From positions 89,443 through 153,442 of the forward strand of contig CAWEJX010000009.1 in the NCBI GenBank assembly GCA_963809485.1: DNA of 64,000 nucleotides, written 5' to 3'. The position numbers and the translations under genes are program-made. Positions 28,671 through 38,892 of the stretch are shown here, one piece after another (position 1 is the stretch's first letter; every line of letters starts with the position of its first letter). Below the pieces are notes generated by a model. That model did not search any database and had not been told where the DNA came from. It worked only from the letters and a program-made list of their open reading frames with translations. The stretch comes from an uncultured Acidobacteriota bacterium. GTDB taxonomy: Bacteria; Acidobacteriota; UBA6911.

Positions 28671-30488
28671 ATGACCACGAGCAGGCAACACAATTACGAC
28701 GAAGACAAGATCAAATCCCTGTCCTCCCTGGAACATATCCGCAAACGGACCGGGATGTACATCGGCCGTGTAGGAGACGGAGCCGACTACGACGATGGAA
28801 TCTACATCCTGCTGAAGGAGATCGTGGACAACGCCGTCGACGAATACATCATGGGCTACGGGGACCGCATATGCATCTCACTGGAAGGGTCCCGGGTTAC
28901 GGTGCGCGATTATGGCCGAGGCATTCCGCTGGGCAAGGTCGTCGAATGCGTCTCGCGCATCAATACGGGCGCCAAATACAGTGACGAGGTTTTTCAGTTC
29001 AGCGTCGGATTGAACGGCATCGGCACCAAGGCCGTCAACGCGCTGTCGCGGACATTTACCGTGCGCAGCCACCGGGGCGGCGAGTTCGCGGGAGCTGTTT
29101 TCGAAAGAGGGAAGCTGCTCGAGCAACCCAGGGGAAAGATGCTCGACGAACCCGACGGCACCCTGGTCACTTTTGAGCCGGATCCTGAAATCTTCGGCAA
29201 TGCGGCATTCGCGGCCGATCACGTCGAGCGCCGTCTGCGGCTCTATGCGTTCCTCAACGCAGGATTGCGCATCGAGCATAACAACCAGGTTTTTTTCTCC
29301 CGAAACGGTTTGCTGGACCTGCTGCGCGACGAGGTGGCCGATGAAGCCCTCTACCCGCCGCTTTATTACCGGTCCAAAACCCTGGAAATCGCGATGACTC
29401 ACACGCAGCGTTTCGAAGAGACTTTCCTGTCTTTTGTCAACGGCCAGTTCACCGCTGACGGGGGCACGCATCTGAGCGCATTCCGCGAAGGCCTGGTCAA
29501 GGGATTCAACGAATTTTCCAGGAATAAATTGGACGGGGACGACATACGCGAAGGAATGGCGGGAGCCATCGCGGTCCGCCTGAAGGAGCCCGTATTTGAA
29601 TCCCAGACAAAAAACAAGCTCGGCAACACCGAACTGCGCGGCGAACTGGTTTCACAGGTGCGGGAAATCGTCGCCGACCTGTTGCACCGGAATCCCAAAG
29701 CCGCGGAGACCGCCCTCGCCAAGATCGAGGAAACCGTCAAGCTGCGCAAGGAACTGCAGTCCATAAAAAAAATGGCTCGCGAACGCGCCAAAGCCACATC
29801 GATCCGGGTCCCGCAACTCAAGGACTGCAAGGTCCACTATCACAAGCGCTCCGGGCGCGGCGCCGACTCGATGATTTTCATCACGGAAGGACAGTCGGCC
29901 GCCGGTTCCATCGTCAGCTGCCGCGACGTCAACTACCAGGCGATTTTTACTATGCGCGGCAAGCCGCTGAACGTGTGTGATCTGCAGCGCGATGTAATGT
30001 ACAAGAATGAGGAATTGTACAACCTGATGCGCAGCCTGGACATCGAGGAATCGTCCGAACACCTGCGCTACAACAAAATAATTCTGGCTACCGACGCCGA
30101 CGTCGACGGTCTCCATATCCGCAACCTGCTTCTAACTTTCTTCCTGCGGTTTTTCGAGCCCGTTGTTGCGGAAGGCCATGTTCATATACTGGAAACCCCG
30201 CTCTTCCGGGTGCGCAATTCAAAAAAAACCGAGTACTGCTATTCGGAAAGCGAGCGCGATGCGGCCGTCAAGGAGCTGCGCGGGTCGGAAGTGACGCGCT
30301 TCAAGGGTCTCGGTGAAATTTCGCCCGCGGAATTCAGCCGTTTCATCAGCCGGGAAATGCGTCTGACGCCCGTGAAGCTGGCAAACCGCCACAGTGTCCC
30401 CGCGATTCTGGGCTTCTATATGGGACGCAACACTCCGGAACGCCGGCAGTACATCATGAATCATCTTGTTGTCGAGGCGGCGCCATGA
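28671..30488 (+). CDS. parE: DNA topoisomerase IV subunit B
   Basis: EHIRKRTGMYIG, EIVDNAVDE, DYGRGIP, GLNGIGTK, TEGQSA, ATDADVDG.HI, RFKGLGE. Confidence 0.92.
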   Translation: MTTSRQHNYDEDKIKSLSSLEHIRKRTGMYIGRVGDGADYDDGIYILLKEIVDNAVDEYIMGYGDRICISLEGSRVTVRDYGRGIPLGKVVECVSRINTGAKYSDEVFQFSVGLNGIGTKAVNALSRTFTVRSHRGGEFAGAVFERGKLLEQPRGKMLDEPDGTLVTFEPDPEIFGNAAFAADHVERRLRLYAFLNAGLRIEHNNQVFFSRNGLLDLLRDEVADEALYPPLYYRSKTLEIAMTHTQRFEETFLSFVNGQFTADGGTHLSAFREGLVKGFNEFSRNKLDGDDIREGMAGAIAVRLKEPVFESQTKNKLGNTELRGELVSQVREIVADLLHRNPKAAETALAKIEETVKLRKELQSIKKMARERAKATSIRVPQLKDCKVHYHKRSGRGADSMIFITEGQSAAGSIVSCRDVNYQAIFTMRGKPLNVCDLQRDVMYKNEELYNLMRSLDIEESSEHLRYNKIILATDADVDGLHIRNLLLTFFLRFFEPVVAEGHVHILETPLFRVRNSKKTEYCYSESERDAAVKELRGSEVTRFKGLGEISPAEFSRFISREMRLTPVKLANRHSVPAILGFYMGRNTPERRQYIMNHLVVEAAP

Positions 30489-32542
30489 CCGACGGGCAGA
30501 AAGAATTGCCGCTTTTCGGCGGCCTGCAACCCGAGGGCGAAGCGGAAATTCCCGCTCCGGCGAAGGGCAGCCCCGGCAGCGGGCTTCAGGCTACAGGCGA
30601 AGGGCCGCTGAAGCAGCTGATGGATCAGAATTTCCTTCAGTATGCGGCCTACGTCATTCGCGATCGTGCCATCCCGGACCTGGAGGACGGACTGAAACCC
30701 GTTCAGCGCAGGATCCTGTTTTCACTTCATGAGAACGACGACGGCAAGTTCATCAAGGTGGCCAACATCGTCGGGTACTGCATGCAGTTCCATCCCCACG
30801 GCGACGCCTCGATCGGGGAAGCGCTGGTCACGCTGGCGAACCGGCAGTTTCTAATTGAGCGCCAGGGCAACTTCGGCAATATGCTCACGGGCGATCCGCC
30901 TGCCGCCGCACGCTACATTGAATGCCGGCTGACCGAACTGGCCCGGACAGAGCTTTTCAACGACGATCTGACGGAATTCGTCCCGACCTATGACGGAAGG
31001 AAAGAGGAGCCGGCCGTTCTGCCGGCCAAAATCCCGCTGCTTCTGATGCTCGGCGCGGAAGGTATCGCGGTCGGCATCTCCACGCGCATCCTCCCGCACA
31101 ATTTTGCCGAATTGCTGGAGGCGCAGATCGCCATACTAGGCAAAAAGCCCTTCAAGCTGAATCCCGATTTTCCGCACGGCGGACTGATGGATGCAAGGTC
31201 ATACGAAGACGGCAACGGACACGTGCTCGTGAGGGCGCTCATCGAGAAGAGGGATGCGCGCACCCTGGTCATACGCGAACTGCCGGCCGGCTCGACGACC
31301 GATTCGCTGACCGCCTCGATCGAGGAAGCGGCCCGCAGAGGCAAGATCAAAATCAAAAGCATCGACGATTTCACGGCCGAAAAGGCGGAGATTGAAATCC
31401 AGCTGCCGCCGGAGCAAGACCTGGACCGCGCAATAGAAGCGCTCTACGCTTTTACCCAATGCCAGGTGCAGATCGCAAGCCGCATCATCGTCATCCGGGA
31501 CAATAAGCCGGTTGAAATGGATGGTCCTTCCGTCCTGCGGCACAACACGAAGCGCCTGGTGGAGATACTCCGCCGTGAACTGCAGTACAGGCGCCGCCGG
31601 CTATTGGAGGAAATTCACCACAAAACGTTGGTTCGGCTGTTTGTGGAGCACCGCATATACAAGCGGATCGAAAGCTGCACGACAGCGCCGGCAGTTCAGG
31701 AAGCGGTGATGGAGGGCCTATTGCCCTTCCGTAGCGAGCTCGAGAGGGAGATCACCCACGACGATGTGGAGGAGCTTTTGGGCATCCCCGTCCGCCGCAT
31801 CTCACTTCTGGACCTGGATAGGAATCGCAGGGACATCGAGCGGCTACGTGTAGAGCTCGTGGAAGTCGAACAGAATCTCTCCGAAATCGTGCCTTATACA
31901 ATCCGCTACCTGCGGGGGATCCTGCGAAAATACGGGGCGGAATTCCCCCGGCGCACCCGAGTCGCCACATTCGGGGAGATTTCGGAGCGCGAACTGACCG
32001 CTACGGAACTTTCGATCCATCAGGACCGGGAAAAAGGCTATATCGGATACAGGATCGGCGGAGATCCGTTGATCTCGTGCTCACCTCTGGACAGGCTTCT
32101 GCTCGTCTGGAAAGACGGCCGGTGCAAAGTCGTCCCGCCGCCCGAAAAACTCTTTGTGGATACCACGCTTCTGTATTGTCAAATCCTTGACCGGGAGCGT
32201 GTTCTGATGGCCGTATATGAGCTGGATTTTTTTACTTATTACAAGAAGTTTACTCTTGGAGGCCTCATCACTAATAGAGAATCAAGGATTGCTCCCAGGG
32301 GTGCTCATCTGCGCTTTTTCGCGGACGACAATCCGTCCGAACTCTATGTGCGTTACGCGGCCGATGCGCGCATAAAGATCCGGCAGCAGAAATTTGCAGT
32401 GGAAAGACAGCCGGTTCGCGGGCGCGACGCAAAGGGTCTGGTGATGACGGCAAACACCATTGAGTACATAGGCTCAAAAAAGGCTGCCGACTGGAATGAC
32501 GCCTTGACCGGCCCGCCGGGCAAATTCATTGACTCTCCCTGA
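30485..32542 (+). CDS. parC: DNA topoisomerase IV subunit A (short C-terminal domain type)
   Basis: RAIPDLEDGLKPVQRRI, FHPHGDAS, QGNFG, AAARYIECRL (catalytic Tyr); ATGA overlap with parE. Confidence 0.92.
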   Translation: MTDGQKELPLFGGLQPEGEAEIPAPAKGSPGSGLQATGEGPLKQLMDQNFLQYAAYVIRDRAIPDLEDGLKPVQRRILFSLHENDDGKFIKVANIVGYCMQFHPHGDASIGEALVTLANRQFLIERQGNFGNMLTGDPPAAARYIECRLTELARTELFNDDLTEFVPTYDGRKEEPAVLPAKIPLLLMLGAEGIAVGISTRILPHNFAELLEAQIAILGKKPFKLNPDFPHGGLMDARSYEDGNGHVLVRALIEKRDARTLVIRELPAGSTTDSLTASIEEAARRGKIKIKSIDDFTAEKAEIEIQLPPEQDLDRAIEALYAFTQCQVQIASRIIVIRDNKPVEMDGPSVLRHNTKRLVEILRRELQYRRRRLLEEIHHKTLVRLFVEHRIYKRIESCTTAPAVQEAVMEGLLPFRSELEREITHDDVEELLGIPVRRISLLDLDRNRRDIERLRVELVEVEQNLSEIVPYTIRYLRGILRKYGAEFPRRTRVATFGEISERELTATELSIHQDREKGYIGYRIGGDPLISCSPLDRLLLVWKDGRCKVVPPPEKLFVDTTLLYCQILDRERVLMAVYELDFFTYYKKFTLGGLITNRESRIAPRGAHLRFFADDNPSELYVRYAADARIKIRQQKFAVERQPVRGRDAKGLVMTANTIEYIGSKKAADWNDALTGPPGKFIDSP

Positions 32543-32813
32543 TCCGGATCTCACAAACGAATGCCCGGAATCCGGAATAGGGAAGCCGGGCAAATGGAAT
32601 CCGAAGTCCTCAAAGGTTTTTGCCGAACCGGCGCATTCCCGGTTTTCGCATCATGTCGGAGGTCGCCCTTTGCAGCTTTTGAACCTTCAATCTGTAACCC
32701 TCAACGAGTGACGAATCCCCGCTCATATCGCCGCAGCAGGAAGGCCTTGAAAAAACAATTTGGAGTCAAGATTTGACGAAATAAAAAGCCTTCGGGCGAA
32801 ACAATACGGATGG

Positions 32814-33216
32814 AGCCAGGCACCTCTGGCAAAGCTGGAAGCTTGAAAGATTTGAACCGCTCAAAGCGGTTGGAGAAGTTACGCCGGTCTTGAACGCTGA
32901 CTTACGCGGGCAAAAGCCGATGAGGCGCTTCCGATCCCCGCAGGGGCCAGCGCTCTGCGCTGGACAGTTTTCTGCGGCGGCACTTTGGCAAGCGCCGTGC
33001 GGCAAGGAGATGAAGGGTATGAGAAACCGGGCGTTTGCCACAGTGCCGCCGCAGAAAACTCCATCGGAAGCGCCTCATCGGCTTTTGCTCGCCGACCCTC
33101 GCCGAACAAATCGGCGTTTGTCAGCGCTTTTATCAGCGTTTCTCAGCGTTTCAAAATATGGAGCTGTCAAACTCTTTGAGTCCCCCGGCAGAGCCGGGGG
33201 TTTACCAATGGAATTA
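32814..33216. mobile_element. 403-bp element family, copy 4
   Basis: Full length; several substitutions in the left hairpin (CCTCTGGCAAAGCTGGAAG); right hairpin perfect. Confidence 0.85.
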
Positions 33217-33241
33217 CATCTATCCCCGAAGGAGGAATCCC

Positions 33242-33805
33242 ATGTCCGTCATGGCGCTGAAGGCCGCTGACTATCGACCCAGGTACAGACGCTATCCTTC
33301 GCCTGCAGAATTAAGACGTTTTGAAATGCTCGATGGAGTCCTATGCATGATTCCGGTCCCGGACACAAGACACCAGGCGGTTGCGCTGAGAATGGCTTCC
33401 GCCTTGTTTGAACGTATTGAAGCCGGAAACCTGGGACTGGTGTTGCAGGCGCCTTACAGCGTCATGCTATCCGGCAATACCGTTGTTCAGCCGGACATTC
33501 TATATGTGCGGAAAGAGCGCCGAGGCATGGTCGGCAGGATGAATTTGCATGGCGCGCCTGATCTCGTCATAGAGGTACTATCCGAAGGAACACGGCTAAG
33601 AGACCTTACCCTGAAGCGAAAAATATATGCCCGCTTCGAGATACCGGAATACTGGATTGTGGATCCCGAAGCGGAAAACGTTGAGGTGCTGATCTGGAGC
33701 GAGTGGGGATACGCCACTGCCGGTGTCCCGGGAAAATCCGGCCGGCTGTCCTCGCCCATGCTTCCCCTTGGCATTCCTCTTTCCGGAATATTCAAAACAG
33801 GGTGA
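33242..33805 (+). CDS. Uma2 (DUF820) family PD-(D/E)XK endonuclease-like protein
   Basis: 'FEMLDGVL', 'VVQPDILYV', 'GAPDLVIEVLS', 'KRKIYA..IPEYWIVDP'; AGGAGG RBS. Confidence 0.9.
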   Translation: MSVMALKAADYRPRYRRYPSPAELRRFEMLDGVLCMIPVPDTRHQAVALRMASALFERIEAGNLGLVLQAPYSVMLSGNTVVQPDILYVRKERRGMVGRMNLHGAPDLVIEVLSEGTRLRDLTLKRKIYARFEIPEYWIVDPEAENVEVLIWSEWGYATAGVPGKSGRLSSPMLPLGIPLSGIFKTG

Positions 33806-33851
33806 AGTCTGCCCAGGACTGCATCCGTCAAAACTTCAGCCAGCCCCCAAC

Positions 33852-34094
33852 AGTCAGGTGCCTCCGGCAAAGCCGGAGGCTTGAAAGATTTGAACCGCTC
33901 AAAGCGGTTGGACTAGTTACGCCGGTCTTGAACGCTGACTTACGCGGGCAAAAGCCGATGAGGCGCTTCCCGATCCCCGCCGAACAAATCGGCGTTTGTC
34001 AGCGTTTTTATCAGCGTTTATCAGCGTTTCAAAATACGGAGCTGTCAAACTCTTTGAGTCTCCCGGCAGAGCCGGGGGTTTACCAATGTAATTA
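33852..34094. mobile_element. 403-bp element family, copy 5 (243 bp, core deleted)
   Basis: Both termini present; sequence jumps from ...GATCCCCGC to CGAACAAATCGG..., removing the inner stem and the right arm of the outer stem. Confidence 0.85.
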
Positions 34095-34473
34095 CATACT
34101 TTGTATACGGTCGAAGTTGGTCAAAGCCTTTTCCGGCACATCCTGGCGTTCCTCGTTCCCACTCTGCAGGTTCCCCAATAAGGCGGTGAGGATTATGGCC
34201 GCCTTTATGCCCCTTGGGAAAATGCGCGATTTCCGTTAAAATACAGTCAGCTTTTGTGGCAATGAAAGCGTGCAGGGCTTACCCGCCTGCGGTATGATCG
34301 AACCAGACTATGGATTCCGGGTATCTTCCCTCAAAAGCGGATCCTGTCCGCAATTCTTCGGCCCGGAACCATTCACCAGGAGGAGGGAAAAGCGCTTAGT
34401 TTGGTGTAGTGACAGACGTCACAGGTTTCGAGGCCATGGTGACCCGATACTGTAGCCTCGAGAGGAATGTTCC

Positions 34474-36132
34474 ATGGTGCACCGCTTTCAACCATTCCCC
34501 TCCGCAATTATTTGCATTTTCATGCTCCTTAATATGTGCAGCGTGGCGCCAGCATCCGACGTCACGCTTGCATGGGATCCAAGCCCTTCGGGAAGTGTCG
34601 CCGGCTATAGGCTTTATATGGGAAACACTTCAGGGGTTTACCAAACATCCATCCTCGTGGGGAGCCAGACCTGGTACAAGCTGACGGGTCTGTCATCTGA
34701 TCCATATTACTTCGTTGTGACCGCGATCGATGCCTATGGAAATGAAAGCAGCTTTTCCAACGAAGTATCCATTAACGCCACCCCGGCCAAGACCTCGCCA
34801 AGCGTGTTCCTGCTGCCGCGCTTTCAAGCCGGACCGCATTCTTTCCTGCCCGACGAAGAAACCCGGACTGGAATTGCCATAACGAATACGGGCCTGGGGT
34901 CCGCCGACCTCACCTTCACGGCACTGGATTCCGGGGGAAACGCCCTGGCAGGTCCCGACATTGTCAATCCGGCAACCCTCCAGATTTATGGCGGCCATCA
35001 GCTCGCAAGACTTGATACGGAGATCTTTGGAACAGGCATTTTGCAGTCCGACCCGAACAGCTGGATCCGGGTGGAAAGCTCCAACCCCGGCATCAGCGGT
35101 TTCTACCTCATGCTCAACGATGATGTCACTCTAATGGACGGATCCTATTTTTCCAGCGCACCCCTGGCGGACTTTGTCCTGACCGACATAGAGGACTCGG
35201 GCAGCACACGGATAAGCGTTGCCAATGATAATTCTGTGGCCGCCCGGGTTGATTTCGAACTGGTCACAGCCGGCGGATCCGTGTTGAAATCCGTAGTCCG
35301 CGACGTAAACGCTCACGGATCGATGGCTGCGGATCTGTTCGGCGATCTATTCACGGGAGCCGCTCCTGATCCCACGAACTACGTCCGTGCATACTCCAAT
35401 CCGGCCGTCCATGCGTCTGAACTGATGCTGCAGGAAACCGACTCGATCGCGGTCCTTGCGGGTCAGCAGGCGGGCGCCGGCAGTCCGGTGCTTTTCTCGC
35501 CCCAGTATGTCGCCGATGAAACCTACCGGACGAGCCTTTCCATTATCAATCTGGACTCTAGAGCCGGGAGCATCCGACTCCGGCTCAGGGGGGACGATGG
35601 ATCCCAGATCGGGACAGTCCAAACGGCTGCGCTGGCGCCGAACGGGAAGCTTTACATTGAGGATCAGGGATTTTTTCAGGCGGCGCAATCCTCAGGCGGA
35701 TATGTGGAGATTGCCAGCGACGGCATTAAACTAACGGGGAGCGTCCTGTTCGGCGATATCCATCGCCGTGCTTTTTTATCGGCGCTTCCGCTCGTATCAA
35801 GCCTGCAAACATCAGCGGTTTTCAGCCACGTGGCTTCAAACGATCTGTATTTCACGGGTATAGCCATTGTCAATCCGAACGCAACAGAGGCGAGCGTGGA
35901 ACTGCAGGTTTATTCTGACGAAGGCAACCGGATCGATTCAACCCGGATTCGCATCCCGGCCGGCCAGCGGCGATGCCGTTTGCTGACGGAATTCCTGCCC
36001 GCAATGGCCGGGATCAGCCGGTTGAAAGGATACATCAGGCTGAATTCCGATATTCCGGTCGCTTCTTTCTGCCTGTTCGGCACCCATGACCTGTCTATGT
36101 TGTCCGCCATACCGGGGCAGGCTCCGCCTTAG
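34474..36132 (+). CDS. Exported fibronectin type III domain protein with repeated Ig-like modules
   Basis: 'VTLAWDPS..VAGYRLY.G', 'YYFVVTAID.YGNES.FSNEV' FN3 motifs, followed by repeats of a 'T(G/S)(I/L)(A/S)I.N' module. Confidence 0.8.
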   Translation: MVHRFQPFPSAIICIFMLLNMCSVAPASDVTLAWDPSPSGSVAGYRLYMGNTSGVYQTSILVGSQTWYKLTGLSSDPYYFVVTAIDAYGNESSFSNEVSINATPAKTSPSVFLLPRFQAGPHSFLPDEETRTGIAITNTGLGSADLTFTALDSGGNALAGPDIVNPATLQIYGGHQLARLDTEIFGTGILQSDPNSWIRVESSNPGISGFYLMLNDDVTLMDGSYFSSAPLADFVLTDIEDSGSTRISVANDNSVAARVDFELVTAGGSVLKSVVRDVNAHGSMAADLFGDLFTGAAPDPTNYVRAYSNPAVHASELMLQETDSIAVLAGQQAGAGSPVLFSPQYVADETYRTSLSIINLDSRAGSIRLRLRGDDGSQIGTVQTAALAPNGKLYIEDQGFFQAAQSSGGYVEIASDGIKLTGSVLFGDIHRRAFLSALPLVSSLQTSAVFSHVASNDLYFTGIAIVNPNATEASVELQVYSDEGNRIDSTRIRIPAGQRRCRLLTEFLPAMAGISRLKGYIRLNSDIPVASFCLFGTHDLSMLSAIPGQAPP

Positions 36133-36348
36133 GCGGAAAAAGCACTGGCTGTAAGGGGACAGCCTGATCGCGCAATTCCTGAAGGCAGGCTTCAAAAGGG
36201 ATTCCGGTATTGAGTTCGCGGCAGGAAATCACAGGGATTTTGTTGAAAAGGCACACCGGGCAACGCTTTTGATATGAAGAACCGGACCACATTTTTTTCG
36301 GGAAGCTATGTCCTGGTTTCCCTGATTTAGGAGCGGGGCTTAGAAAGC

Positions 36349-36906
36349 ATGGGAATATGTCCGGCATCGACAAGCAGCTTTGCAAAGAAAATCAAACTTT
36401 TTTCCGGGCCCAGCACGCGGCGATGGCCCCGCTTCAATATTGACAGCCTTCCCGCATTGAACAGCATTTGTTCCGGTTCCGGGTCGGAGATGCAGATCAG
36501 CAATGTTTCCCGTGGAGGCGCGCTGCTGAAAACCAGGGAACGCCTTATGCCCGGCGCAAAAATTCAATTTCGATTTTTTGTCTCCGGAGATGAAATTCGG
36601 CTTGCCGGCTTCGTGCTCCGCTCTGCCCTGGCCGTTCCCAGAACCCTGCCGCGATACCAGACCGCAGTGGTTTTCGATCGCCCCTTTCATATCCCCGAGG
36701 GCCGGCCCGCTGCAAGGACCTGTGCTGCGCAAACGGTATGGATCGAACCTTCTTCGCCTGCCGCGATTTCCCCGGTTATCGCCGATCCGGCATCCATATC
36801 TTCCGAGGAACAGGCGGCTGCTTTGAGCCTGACGATCCTCTCCTATAGTATCTGTAATACACCGTCTCGGGTGTTATACGAGATGCTCAGTAGAAACAGC
36901 TGGTAA
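36349..36906 (+). CDS. PilZ domain-containing protein
   Basis: RRWPR (RxxxR) and NVSRGG (D/NxSxxG) motifs; start codon uncertain. Confidence 0.65.
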   Translation: MGICPASTSSFAKKIKLFSGPSTRRWPRFNIDSLPALNSICSGSGSEMQISNVSRGGALLKTRERLMPGAKIQFRFFVSGDEIRLAGFVLRSALAVPRTLPRYQTAVVFDRPFHIPEGRPAARTCAAQTVWIEPSSPAAISPVIADPASISSEEQAAALSLTILSYSICNTPSRVLYEMLSRNSW

Positions 36907-37099
36907 CTCGCAGCCGTCTCCCGGCCGGGACGGAATCCTCGATTCGATCCCGCCTTCATCCGGACCATTCTCCCGCAAACTGCATCTTCGATCCCATTTC
37001 ACGCCGCAACGCCGCCAGCGGTGGCGGATAGATATTTCAGGCAATCCCGAACAGAGCCGGACTGTTTTTTTGTTTCAGCATCCTGCGTCGACATTTTTC

Positions 37100-37166
37100 T
37101 TGACAAGGCATTTGCGGGGACTAGAATAGTCTCATTAAGGTTATTATAGTCTCTTATAGGAGACTA
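37100..37166 (+). promoter_or_regulatory. Sigma70-like promoter with a palindromic operator
   Basis: TTGACA(37100)-16 nt-TAGAAT(37122); TAGTCTC-TTATAG-GAGACTA palindrome at 37147-37166 and a second TAGTCTC half-site at 37127. Confidence 0.55.
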
Positions 37167-37596
37167 ATACTTGTTTTCGGATAAACGACATCGCGGGGTT
37201 CGCAGGCACGGCGGGGGCCCGAGAAAGGGCTCCTCGGGAGGACAGGCCGGTATTGGGAGCAGTCCGTCACTTCCTTCGAAAGACACGCAATGAACCGGTG
37301 AATCATCGGGATCAACGGCGGACGATCCACCCGTCCCGAATCCGGCGGCAGAAAGGATGCATCCCGGCACCATGGTTGAAGCTTTTCCCTGCCCGGGCAT
37401 TCAAGAGCAGCACCCCTGCCGGAATTTTTATCCGGTCATCCGCCGGGTTCCATGCGCGAAGCCATGGGGCGCGGATGCAGCCGTACCCGTTTCGGATGGG
37501 CAGAGCTCAGAGAGCCATTTGCATGACGCCGGGCGCCGCAATCCCGACCTTTGTTTACCGAAAGCAGAGCCAATGATTTGAAAGGAGCGGTGCACT

Positions 37597-38682
37597 ATGG
37601 GAAGGATCTATCGATATATCGGATGCGCCGTGCTGCTCGCGCTTCTGACCCTTGTTTCCTCATCCCTGCCGGCCGGGCAGGCGGGCGGAGGAAGCCAAGG
37701 CGCAGAAAGCAAGTACGGGAAATACCTCTTCTACGATGCTGCACCGTTTCAGATTCCTCCCGAGATGGCGGCAAAAATGAAGGAAGCCCAAAAGAAAGAA
37801 CCCTCCACCGTCGAGGCAACCCGCCTGATAAACATCGACGGCACGAGGATGCAGGGCGCCCCTTACATGGATTTTGTATGGCTGTGGAAAGGTTCTTCCC
37901 AGGGTTATGTCGAGGAGGAGCATATCCACAATTTCGACGAGTTCATCGGGTTCATAGGCACGCGGGGCCAGCAGGATCCCCACGGCCTGGGCGGCGAAAT
38001 GGAGGTCTGGCTGGGCGGCGAAAAATACCTGATCACCAAAAACTGCCTCATCTATGTGCCCAAGGGCGTCAGGCATTGCCCCATCCGATTCAACCGGATC
38101 GACACCCCCTTACTCTTCTTTACCGGATCTTTCAGCAGCCAGGAGGCCAAGTACACCCGCACGCCGACTCAGTTCAGCGATGCCAAGGCTTCGGAGCGGA
38201 ATTACGCCAAGTACATCTCCTATGGCGTCAATCCCAAAAAAGCTCCTCCCAAGGATGATTCCCCTGAGGCCAAAAAGAAATTCGCCGAAATGCGCGCGAA
38301 AAGCGGCTCAACCATAGAGTCCACCCGCATCCTGGATCTCGACCTGGTAGAGGGGGCTCCCTATATAGATTTTGTGTGGATGTACAAAGGGTATGAGAAA
38401 CAGGTCACCCACCCGGAGCATGCCCATGACTGGGGCGAAATTTTCGGTTACATCGGTTCCGTCGGCCAGCAGGACCCGCACAGCATGGGCGGAGAGGTTG
38501 AATTCTGGATCGATGGAGAAAAGCACGTCCTGAACAAAAGCTGCCTGGCATGGATTCCACCGGGGCTTCCCCATTGCCCGGTGAGATTCGCCCGGATCGA
38601 TAAGCCCATCCTCTGGTTCACGATATCGATAGGAATGACAGGCGGCCAATATACCTTTGCGCCATCGGCGAAAAAACAATAG
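37597..38682 (+). CDS. Exported tandem-duplicated cupin-like protein
   Basis: Signal peptide; two internal repeats, each with HxHxxxE (HIHNFDE, HAHDWGE) and 'P.G..HCP' motifs; AAGGAG RBS. Confidence 0.75.
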   Translation: MGRIYRYIGCAVLLALLTLVSSSLPAGQAGGGSQGAESKYGKYLFYDAAPFQIPPEMAAKMKEAQKKEPSTVEATRLINIDGTRMQGAPYMDFVWLWKGSSQGYVEEEHIHNFDEFIGFIGTRGQQDPHGLGGEMEVWLGGEKYLITKNCLIYVPKGVRHCPIRFNRIDTPLLFFTGSFSSQEAKYTRTPTQFSDAKASERNYAKYISYGVNPKKAPPKDDSPEAKKKFAEMRAKSGSTIESTRILDLDLVEGAPYIDFVWMYKGYEKQVTHPEHAHDWGEIFGYIGSVGQQDPHSMGGEVEFWIDGEKHVLNKSCLAWIPPGLPHCPVRFARIDKPILWFTISIGMTGGQYTFAPSAKKQ

Positions 38683-38892
38683 CCGGAGGCTCAGGCTTTG
38701 CCGGCCGGCCAAAGGCCGTTTCGCCCGAAGCGGAGAACTGTCGATATTTTGCTCGTTCCCCAGAGTCTATAACGACCGAGCGGAGTGATATTCGGTTTGC
38801 TGGATGTCTATTTTTCACGAACATCGGATTTTTTGTGACGCTGGATCCCCGAAACAGCCAGCAACTTCCAGCCCGCATGGACAGGCTATGAG

